Origin: an uncultured Clostridia bacterium
Lineage (GTDB): Bacteria; Bacillota; Clostridia; TANB77; CAG-508
Reading direction: 5' to 3'
NCBI GenBank assembly: GCA_944386165.1
Contig: CALXAA010000001.1
Location: 67,231 to 131,230 of the forward strand
DNA length: 64,000 nucleotides
Within the stretch, counting starts at the first letter, position 1. Every line of letters starts with the position of its first letter. The translations under genes and the position numbers were made by a program. Positions 56,578 to 64,000 of the stretch are shown here, piece by piece. The notes beneath the pieces were generated by a model that worked only from the letters and a program-made list of their open reading frames with translations, ran no database searches and was not told the origin of the DNA.

Positions 56578-57519
56578 TTACATGCCTAGAATTTTTGCTT
56601 CAACATTATACATTTTATATTTATTTGTTGTTTCATCTAGCTTAAATTCTATTAATGTGTTTTCTAATGTTTCATCGTTTTGTCTTAAATCTGTTGTAAA
56701 ATATAATCTTATTTGTGGAATTTCTAATTTATTTTTTACTATTTCTTTAAATGTTTCTGCTGTGTGTCTGTCATCCTCACAAACAAGTATTAATTGTGGC
56801 ATCATTGAAAATCCAGAATCTCCTGGAATAAAATTTTCATAAAATTCTTTATACATCATCATCTTATCTACTAATTTTTTCTGCCATTCTGGTTCTCTTC
56901 TAATAACTTCAAAAACAAAGCTTATAGATTTATTATTTTTCTTAAGTTTGATTGATCCTCCTGTTGCTTTAAATGTTTTTCCAGATATTTTGGCTTGAAT
57001 AGCTGGTTTTACTACATAACTGTCAAAAGCTTGAACTTTTCTCATATATGCAATTATTGTTTGATTTCCAGCTAGTCTCTTTTTTATCATAGGAACTGGT
57101 TTTACATTGTCTGTAGGTTGCCATTTACATTCTATTTCTTTTGAATTTAATAGGTATTTTCCCATTTTTTCAAGACAATATATTCTATATATTCCTTTTC
57201 CTTCTTCAGATGTAAAATAATATCTTGTAAGTATTTTTGATTTTACAAGTTGGTCTAATTTATTATTTAATTTATCTTGTGATTGTGGATTTATACCTTT
57301 AAATTCAAGTAATTGATATATTTGTCTTGATGTTATAAATTCAAATTCATTTACTATTTCAAGTATTGCAAAATGTATATCTGTGATATGTCCTATATTT
57401 ATTTTATGTATTATTTGATTCATAGATACATATCCGTCTTTTCCATCAAATGTTTTTATTTCTCCTTCTCTTATTGCAAATGGTGATACTTTTGCTTTTA
57501 TTTCATTATCTTCTACCAT
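56578..57519 (-). CDS. Hypothetical protein with an N-terminal winged-helix region, resembling replication-relaxation family proteins
   Basis: ILEIVNEFEFITSRQIYQLL...LDQLVKSKILTRYYF...RIYCLEKMGKYLL fits the wHTH pattern of Replic_Relax-type proteins. The assignment is tentative. Confidence 0.35.
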   Translation of the reverse strand: MVEDNEIKAKVSPFAIREGEIKTFDGKDGYVSMNQIIHKINIGHITDIHFAILEIVNEFEFITSRQIYQLLEFKGINPQSQDKLNNKLDQLVKSKILTRYYFTSEEGKGIYRIYCLEKMGKYLLNSKEIECKWQPTDNVKPVPMIKKRLAGNQTIIAYMRKVQAFDSYVVKPAIQAKISGKTFKATGGSIKLKKNNKSISFVFEVIRREPEWQKKLVDKMMMYKEFYENFIPGDSGFSMMPQLILVCEDDRHTAETFKEIVKNKLEIPQIRLYFTTDLRQNDETLENTLIEFKLDETTNKYKMYNVEAKILGM

Positions 57520-57586
57520 TTTAATTCCTCCTCTTGTTAAGATATATTATTATCTTAACATTTATACTCACACATTTATTATACTG

Positions 57587-58315
57587 CTAATCTACTTTTT
57601 TTTCAACTATTAATTCTTTTACTTCTGAATCTTTAAGATATCTCCATTCTCCTATTTTGATGCTTTTTACATCTATATTTCCTATTTTACTTCTGTGTAA
57701 TGCTAAAACTTTTTTTCCTATTGATTCACACATTTTTCTTATTTGTCTGTTTTTACCTTCATGTATTGTTATTTCTAATCTTGAAATATCTTTTTCTTCA
57801 TCTGTTTTTAATATTTTGACTTTAGCTGGTTTTGTTATATAGTCTTCTATTTTTACTCCTTTTCTTAGTTGTTCAACTTCTGTTTTATTTACTATTCCTT
57901 TTAGTGTAACTGTGTAAGTTTTTGTTATTTCGTGTTTTGGATGTGTTACTTTATATACAAAATCTCCATCATTTGTTAGTATTAATGCTCCTGATGTATA
58001 CATATCTAATCTTCCAACAGGAACAATTCTTTCTTTTACTTTTACTAAGTCTAGTACTTTATCTCTTCCAAATTGTTCTTCTGCTGTTGTTACATAACCT
58101 ATTGGTTTATTTAATAAAATATATATTTTTTTATTTTCTCTTTTTATTTCTTTTCCTTCAAATGCTACTATATCTTTTTGAGGATTAATTTTTGTTCCAA
58201 GTTCTGTTACCAAATTATTATTAACTTTTACTTTTCCTTGTAAGATATATTCTTCACATTTTCTTCTTGATGCAATTCCACATTCTGCTAAATATTTTTG
58301 AAGTCTTTCTTCCAT
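57587..58315 (-). CDS. Pseudouridine synthase, RsuA/RluB family (S4 domain + catalytic domain)
   Basis: S4-like N-terminus RLQKYLAECGIASRRKCEEYI. Catalytic motif VGRLDMYTSGALILTNDG. Confidence 0.9.
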   Translation of the reverse strand: MEERLQKYLAECGIASRRKCEEYILQGKVKVNNNLVTELGTKINPQKDIVAFEGKEIKRENKKIYILLNKPIGYVTTAEEQFGRDKVLDLVKVKERIVPVGRLDMYTSGALILTNDGDFVYKVTHPKHEITKTYTVTLKGIVNKTEVEQLRKGVKIEDYITKPAKVKILKTDEEKDISRLEITIHEGKNRQIRKMCESIGKKVLALHRSKIGNIDVKSIKIGEWRYLKDSEVKELIVEKKVD

Positions 58316-58417
58316 GTTTTATCACATTCCTTTTTTTGTTATGGTACTATTTTTTTTATTTTCGCATATTATATATTAATTCCTTTTACTTTTCTAAAAG
58401 GCTTTATATAGATTTCT

Positions 58418-58438
58418 CCGGCAAGGTTCTCTTGCCGG
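58418..58438 (-). other. GC-rich intercistronic hairpin after rluD
   Basis: ccggcaag-gttct-cttgccgg. There is no clear U-tract on the minus strand. Confidence 0.4.
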
Positions 58439-58439
58439 T

Positions 58440-59348
58440 TTAATTATTATCTAATTTATTTAATATATCTCTAAAATATTCTGGTAATGGTGCTTCTAAA
58501 TGTATTTCTTTTTGCGTTATAGGGTGCTTAAAGTCTAATGCCTTTGCATGTAAACATTGACCAATTATGCCAAATTCATTTTTTCCATTTGAATATGTGT
58601 AATCTCCAACAACAGGAAAACCTATATGTGACAAATGTACACGTATTTGATGTGTTCTTCCTGTTTCTATATTTATTTCTAATAATGTGTATTTATTATA
58701 TCTTTTTATTACTTTTATATGTGTAATTGCATTTTTCCCATTTTTTACAACTGCCATTTTTTTTCTGTCTGTATTACTTCTTCCAATTGGCATATTTATT
58801 GTTGCTTCATTTTCTTTTAAAACACCTCTAACTAATGCTATATATGTTTTCTTTACTTCATGATTTTTTATTTGTTCACTCATTTTAACATGTGATTTAT
58901 CGTTTTTGGCAACTATTAATAATCCAGATGTGTCTTTATCTAATCTATGTACTATTCCTGGTCTTATTTCTCCTCCAATTCCAGATAGACTGTCTTTGCA
59001 TCTAGATAATATTGCATTTACAAGTGTTCCATCAGGGTTACCATTTGCAGGATGTACAACCATTCCTTTAGGTTTGTTTATAACTATTATATCACTATCT
59101 TCATAAATTACATCTAGTGGAATGTTCTGTGCTTTTAATTCTATTTGTTTTGGCTCAGGAATTTCAATAGTTATTTTATCATTATTTTGAATTTTATATG
59201 ATACTTTTTGTTTTTTTCCATTAACTAATATGTTTTCTTCTTCAATTAATCTTTGGGCTGATGTTCTTGTTATATTTTCATCAATTTTTGCAATATATGT
59301 GTCTAAACGTTGTCCCTTATCTTCTTCTAAAACTATATATTCTTTCAT
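58440..59348 (-). CDS. rluD: RluA-family 23S rRNA pseudouridine synthase (RluD-like)
   Basis: S4-like N-terminus. HRLDKDTSGLLIVAKN catalytic motif. GRTHQIRVH. Confidence 0.9.
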   Translation of the reverse strand: MKEYIVLEEDKGQRLDTYIAKIDENITRTSAQRLIEEENILVNGKKQKVSYKIQNNDKITIEIPEPKQIELKAQNIPLDVIYEDSDIIVINKPKGMVVHPANGNPDGTLVNAILSRCKDSLSGIGGEIRPGIVHRLDKDTSGLLIVAKNDKSHVKMSEQIKNHEVKKTYIALVRGVLKENEATINMPIGRSNTDRKKMAVVKNGKNAITHIKVIKRYNKYTLLEINIETGRTHQIRVHLSHIGFPVVGDYTYSNGKNEFGIIGQCLHAKALDFKHPITQKEIHLEAPLPEYFRDILNKLDNN

Positions 59349-59899
59349 TTATTATCCTCTTCTTTTTCTTTGTTTACTCTACTTAAAAAATTAATTTCTA
59401 CATATAATTTGTCTGCTACTGCTTGTACAACATTTTTTAATAAATACTGTTCTTCTGTCATTCTGTCTATATGAGGAAATTCTTTGCGTATAAACACATT
59501 TTTTATAGATACTTCTATATTTGCACAAAATCTGTTATATGCTTTACTTAATTCAAAAAATTTTATAGTTTCAGATATTAATTTTCCTATGTCTCCGATA
59601 CTATATACTTGTTTTAAAATACATATTACCATTAAATATGCAATATGTGATTTATTATATTTCTTTTTTTCTGGCGCTGGCATTATTCCTAATTTTACAT
59701 AGTTATTTATCATAGTTTTTGTAATAATTTTTTCATCTCTATTTACATTTAAAATTCCTAAATATTTTTCTAAGTAATTTACTACTTGGTCTAAATATAA
59801 ATCTATTTCAGGTAATTCATTCCACCTTGGGATATGATGTTTTATTACTTTTTCTATCCTTTCTTCTTGTTCTTGCATTTTTACACTTCCTTTTTGCAT
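59345..59899 (-). CDS. DUF1836-like putative DNA-binding protein
   Basis: LYLDQVVNYL...ITKTMINNYVKLGIMPAPEKKKYNKSHIAYLMVICILK matches the pattern I associate with DUF1836. It overlaps the rluD start by 4 nt. Confidence 0.55.
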   Translation of the reverse strand: MQKGSVKMQEQEERIEKVIKHHIPRWNELPEIDLYLDQVVNYLEKYLGILNVNRDEKIITKTMINNYVKLGIMPAPEKKKYNKSHIAYLMVICILKQVYSIGDIGKLISETIKFFELSKAYNRFCANIEVSIKNVFIRKEFPHIDRMTEEQYLLKNVVQAVADKLYVEINFLSRVNKEKEEDNK

Positions 59900-59918
59900 C
59901 TATATTTATTCAAATTTC

Positions 59919-60665
59919 TCATTTAATTTTTCTCCTTTGCATTTTATAAGAAACTTTAGAAACAAGATTTGTTGGTGCAAGTTTTGCTCCTATTTTTGCA
60001 AGTTTAATTTTCCAACCAGGTACAATATAAAATTTACCTTTTAATAATTTTTCAACTGCGTATTTTGCAACATATTCACTACTTAATCCTTTTAAAGCAA
60101 ACTCAACATCAGCTACTTTATTAAAGTTTGTATTAACAGGACCTGGACATAAAATACTTATTTGTACTTTTGAATTTTGTTTTTTAAGTTCAGTTCTAAT
60201 AGATTCTGAAAGTCTTACAACATAAGCTTTTGTCGAATAATATGTTGCCATAAGTGGTCCAGGTATAAATCCTGCAATTGATGCAACATTTAAAATTTTA
60301 CCACTATTTTTTTTCATCATCTTTTTTAGATATAATTTTGTTAAAATATGATATGCAATTACATTTGTTCTTATCATTTGTATGTCTTTTTCTAAACTTG
60401 TATCTTCAAAATGTCCACAGTCTCCAAATCCAGCATTATTAACTAGTATATCTATATCACTATGGTCTTGAAATAGTTTTTTACAATTTTCTTCATTTGA
60501 TATGTCCATTGAAACTAGTTCAACATTTGTTTTTATTTGTTTTTTGGTTTCTTCTAATCTCTCCAAATTTCTTGCAACTAAAATTAAATCATATCCTTTT
60601 TGACTTAAGTTAATTGCTATATCTCTACCTATTCCAGAAGAAGCTCCTGTTATCAATGCTTTCAT
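59919..60665 (-). CDS. SDR-family oxidoreductase
   Basis: TGASSGIG cofactor motif, NNAG, and YSTKAY (YxxxK). Confidence 0.9.
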   Translation of the reverse strand: MKALITGASSGIGRDIAINLSQKGYDLILVARNLERLEETKKQIKTNVELVSMDISNEENCKKLFQDHSDIDILVNNAGFGDCGHFEDTSLEKDIQMIRTNVIAYHILTKLYLKKMMKKNSGKILNVASIAGFIPGPLMATYYSTKAYVVRLSESIRTELKKQNSKVQISILCPGPVNTNFNKVADVEFALKGLSSEYVAKYAVEKLLKGKFYIVPGWKIKLAKIGAKLAPTNLVSKVSYKMQRRKIK

Positions 60666-60688
60666 TTATTATTTCCTTTCAGAAAAAA

Positions 60689-61318
60689 TTAAAATCCTTT
60701 AGAAAAAGTATCTCTAAAAATATTTACAATTACATTTACAACTGCATTTGTATTATATAAATTTATAAAGAAATTTCGTGTAGTTGGTATAATTGCCAAT
60801 ATGCATATAATTACTAATATAATTGCAACTATTATTAGTATTTTTTCTAATTTTTCCTTTGATATTTTTATTTCTTTTTGCACAGTAGTGGTTCTAGGTT
60901 CATCTGTTTTTTTTGTTATTCCATTATATAGTTTTTTTAAAAATGTTATTCCACTTCCATATTCTTCATTTTCTTGTAATGGTTCATATTTATTAGAGAT
61001 TCTTTTTAGGTCATTTTTTAATCTAATATTTTCTTGTTTTATTTTGTTGTATTCTTCTATAGATATATTTTTTTCTTTTAAATGATTATCATATTCTTTT
61101 CTTTTAAAGTCATTTGATAATACTTCATATGCTTCATTTATTTTCATCATTCTCTCTTGACTATATGCTGATGATCTTAAATCTGGATGATATTTTTTTG
61201 CAAGAGTTCTATATGCTTTTTCAATTACTTCTTTTGAAGCATTTTTATCTACTTCTAATATTTCATAATAATTACTCATATTTTTTCTTATGTTAGTTTT
61301 TCCCAACATCTCCTCCAT
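60689..61318 (-). CDS. J-domain (DnaJ-like) protein with a C-terminal TM anchor
   Basis: [31 protein letters not shown]-terminal hydrophobic helix [18 protein letters not shown]. Confidence 0.8.
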   Translation of the reverse strand: MEEMLGKTNIRKNMSNYYEILEVDKNASKEVIEKAYRTLAKKYHPDLRSSAYSQERMMKINEAYEVLSNDFKRKEYDNHLKEKNISIEEYNKIKQENIRLKNDLKRISNKYEPLQENEEYGSGITFLKKLYNGITKKTDEPRTTTVQKEIKISKEKLEKILIIVAIILVIICILAIIPTTRNFFINLYNTNAVVNVIVNIFRDTFSKGF

Positions 61319-61401
61319 CTTATTATATTCTACCCTAAAACATTAAATTTAGCAAGTATTTGCTTGTTATTTTCGAATTTTTATGTTATATTAAATTTAT
61401 T

Positions 61402-62313
61402 ATGGAAGAAAGATTTAAACATTTAAATAATTATTTGAAAGAAAAATTTGGTGAACGTACTTTAAAAATATGTATAGATGGTGATTTTACCTGTCCAAAT
61501 CGTGATGGAAAACTAGGGTTTGGTGGTTGTATTTTTTGCAGTGAAAGAGGTTCTGGAGATCATATTAAGTTGTCTAATAATATCACAGAACAGGTAATAA
61601 ATTATTTTAATAGTTATAAAAGTAAAAGAGCAAACAAATTTATTGCTTATTTTCAAAATTATACTAATACATATTCTTCAATAGATATTTTAAAAAGCAA
61701 ATATGATTCTGCTTTAATTGATAATAGAATTGTTGCATTAGCAGTTTCTACTAGACCTGATTGTATAAATGAAGATGTATGCAAATTATTAAAATCCTAT
61801 ACAGATAGATATTATGTATGGGTTGAGCTTGGATTGCAGACATCTAATGACCAAACTTCAAAGTTAATTAATAAATGCTGTTATTCAAAAGATTTTACTA
61901 ATGCTGTTAATTTACTTAATAAATATAATATTGATATTGTAACACATATTATGGTTGGTCTTCCAAATGAGAATTTTGATGATATAAAAAATACTGTTTA
62001 TTTTATTAATAAGCATAATATTCAAGGTCTAAAAATCCATTCTACTTATATTGTAAAAAATACCATATTAGCAGATATGTATTATAAAAAACTATATTCT
62101 CCTATATCTCTTGAATATTATTTAAACTGTGTTTGTTATATTTTAACACATATTAATCCAAATATAATAATTCATAAAGTTTCTGGTGATGCTCCAAAAG
62201 ATTTACTTGTTGCTCCAGAATGGAATTTACACAAAAAGTGGATTTTAAATGGTTTGGATAAGAAAATGAGTGAAGAAGATTTGTGGCAAGGAATGAATTA
62301 TGAAAAATTATAA
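61402..62313 (+). CDS. TIGR01212-family radical SAM protein (YtqA-like)
   Basis: CPNRDGKLGFGGCIFCSERGSGD cluster motif. I place the start at the ATG at 61402 (MEERFKHLNNYLKEKFG). Confidence 0.85.
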   Translation: MEERFKHLNNYLKEKFGERTLKICIDGDFTCPNRDGKLGFGGCIFCSERGSGDHIKLSNNITEQVINYFNSYKSKRANKFIAYFQNYTNTYSSIDILKSKYDSALIDNRIVALAVSTRPDCINEDVCKLLKSYTDRYYVWVELGLQTSNDQTSKLINKCCYSKDFTNAVNLLNKYNIDIVTHIMVGLPNENFDDIKNTVYFINKHNIQGLKIHSTYIVKNTILADMYYKKLYSPISLEYYLNCVCYILTHINPNIIIHKVSGDAPKDLLVAPEWNLHKKWILNGLDKKMSEEDLWQGMNYEKL

Positions 62314-62348
62314 ATCCATAAAGTTAAATAACCTTATGGATTTTAATT

Positions 62349-63668
62349 TTATTGTTGAAGCTCATTTTTATCTTGAATTTGACTAATTTGCTGTTTTAAT
62401 CTTTTTATTTTTCTTTCTTTTTCAGGAATAAATTTATGATTTATACCTTTTAACTTTTTATCTATTGTTTTTGCTCTAACTAATCTTTTTTTCTCTTTTT
62501 CTTCATATTTTAATTGCTCTTGCAATATTTTTAAAGCAATTGAATCTTTAATTACTTTACCTTCTGGATTATAATTATATAAAACTGCTAACTTATTATA
62601 TATATTAGTTAAATATTCCATAGCTTCTTCTCTTGTAATTTTACAAATGTGAACTTCTCTATCTCTGCCTTGTCTACGATTTACATATAAACTGTCTGTT
62701 AATCCAAAAAATTCAGAAACATATTTTGAAGATAAATTATCTCTATGTAATGTTGAACATAAAAATATTTCTTGATTATCAGGATTTTTAAAATGCCTTT
62801 CTATGTGTTTTTTTATTCCCTCAAAAACAATAATTCTTGCAATTCCAATGCTCCTATTATGAGGATTTGTTAAATATGTATCTAGTTCAACAGAATTTTT
62901 TGTATTTGCTGTATAATATTTTTCTTCTTCAAATTCTGGTTTTTCATGAATTTGTAATGCACCCTTATGTATCAATTCTGCATATTCTTTTTCATCTTCC
63001 ATAAATGTTTCGTAATCTTTGATTGTATCATCTGGTTTACTTTGTTTTGTTCCAAATTCTGCTTCAATGTCATCTAGTGTTATCCAATAAAACATTTCAT
63101 ATTTTTCTTGAATTTCAGAATCATAATTATTTTCTATAAATTCTGCCATATATTGATTTAATTTTTCTCTTAATTCACTTTTCTCATGATATCCATTTTG
63201 TTCAATTTCTGTTCTTAAATATTCATATAAAGTAGTTTGTGATACCTTATTTTTATTATTAAATTCTTGTAATATTCTTTTTTTGGCATATTCAAATGCT
63301 TTAATTTTTATTATATAGATTTTTCTTAAATCTTTTTTATATTCTAGGTCTGATTTATATTTTGATTTTATATATTTTTTATAATTTTCACCATATTTAA
63401 AATATTTTGTTATATCATTATATGTGAAAGGCTTTTGTCCTTGTGTTATATATGTTGTTGCCTCAACATTTCCTTTTTCATCTACAGCAACATAAACAGA
63501 ATTATCTTCTGAATGAACATATTCTGATATTCCTTCTCTTCCCGTATCAAATAATTGACCTTCTCTTCCTTCTTGTTTCATTACTTCTAGACTTATTTGT
63601 TCAAGTTCAACTATTTTGTCTAGATATTTTTCCTCGTTATCTTTTGTAAGTTCAACTATTTTAATCAT
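62349..63668 (-). CDS. Hypothetical protein: GNAT-like acetyltransferase fold interrupted by a long helical insertion, with a C-terminal coiled coil
   Basis: The N-terminal strands end in SVYVAVDEKGNVEATTYI. After about 180 residues comes VELDTYLTNPHNRSIGIARIIV, which matches R-x-x-G-x-A (motif A). The tail is Lys/Glu-rich. Confidence 0.4.
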   Translation of the reverse strand: MIKIVELTKDNEEKYLDKIVELEQISLEVMKQEGREGQLFDTGREGISEYVHSEDNSVYVAVDEKGNVEATTYITQGQKPFTYNDITKYFKYGENYKKYIKSKYKSDLEYKKDLRKIYIIKIKAFEYAKKRILQEFNNKNKVSQTTLYEYLRTEIEQNGYHEKSELREKLNQYMAEFIENNYDSEIQEKYEMFYWITLDDIEAEFGTKQSKPDDTIKDYETFMEDEKEYAELIHKGALQIHEKPEFEEEKYYTANTKNSVELDTYLTNPHNRSIGIARIIVFEGIKKHIERHFKNPDNQEIFLCSTLHRDNLSSKYVSEFFGLTDSLYVNRRQGRDREVHICKITREEAMEYLTNIYNKLAVLYNYNPEGKVIKDSIALKILQEQLKYEEKEKKRLVRAKTIDKKLKGINHKFIPEKERKIKRLKQQISQIQDKNELQQ

Positions 63669-63739
63669 TTTTTTACACCTCTTAGGTTATTATTAAGCCG
63701 TAAAATATAATTATATTTTGCTAAGCTGTTTGTTTTAGT

Positions 63740-64000
63740 TTATACTGTTTCTTCTGTTGTACTTTCTGTTATATTTTCTGTTGTAGATTCTGTTGTAGTT
63801 TTAGTTATTACATCTTTTGCCAAGCAATTGGTAAACATATCTATTGCATTTGTAACATTATCCATTGTCCATTCTGTTCCTACATATATGTGTTCAAGAT
63901 TATTACAATTATAGAACATTTCATACATAGTTGATACTTTTTGTGTATTGAAACTACTTAAGTCTAATTCTTTTAAACTTGTACAACCGCGGAACATTGA
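63740..64000 (-). CDS. BspA-type leucine-rich-repeat surface protein (DUF285-like), C-terminal part; the gene continues beyond the window
   Basis: FRGCTSLKELDLSSFNTQKVSTMYEMFYNCNNLEHIYV and DMFTNC repeats. The frame is open to the window edge. Confidence 0.7.
   Translation of the reverse strand, partial: SMFRGCTSLKELDLSSFNTQKVSTMYEMFYNCNNLEHIYVGTEWTMDNVTNAIDMFTNCLAKDVITKTTTESTTENITESTTEETV

Overview
This is a very AT-rich chromosomal segment. Typical lines count about 18-30% G+C by eye. The gene content points to an anaerobic, probably spore-forming Clostridia-like Firmicute: Spo0E-like and SpoVB-like genes, desulfoferrodoxin, nrdG and a SUF system with sufU. About 50 of roughly 60 genes lie on the minus strand. 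Most of them are housekeeping genes: ruvX-ireB, an M16 peptidase pair, rpsU, nrdG, ftsH, tilS, dnaB, rplI, gdpP, mgtE, mnmA, a complete regulator-sufCBDS-sufU operon, xth, tsf-rpsB, clpC, pgi, rpe, clpB, one tRNA-Arg(TCT), two pseudouridine synthases, an SDR and a TIGR01212 radical-SAM gene.

Five regions stand out.
1. 766-4624: a tight three-gene operon. Its central 763-aa protein combines a receiver-like N-terminus, an acidic linker with two RGRP AT-hooks and three LPGFE motifs, and a ParA/MinD-like domain with a degenerate Walker A. It is flanked by a signal-peptide/2-TM mini-protein and a membrane protein with a dead GGDEF signature.
2. 9954-12050: a prepilin-signal protein with four Big_2 domains.
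3. 35.7-41.1 kb: a decayed accessory patch. It holds a 280-nt tract that is about 97% A+T, an S66 peptidase, a HAD pseudogene, an ABC-2 pair and an internally deleted IS with intact inverted repeats.
4. 47.3-48.5 kb: two adjacent broken genes.
5. 53.2-57.5 kb: a small island around tRNA-Arg. It contains a roughly 45% G+C single-ORF cassette bracketed by imperfect direct repeats, an AAA/DUF4143-type ATPase, an E2-like acyltransferase whose catalytic motif reads DERxxDG, and a wHTH replication-relaxation-like protein.

I saw no CRISPR array, no rRNA and no riboswitch I could recognise. All homology statements come from motif recognition by eye, not from searches.
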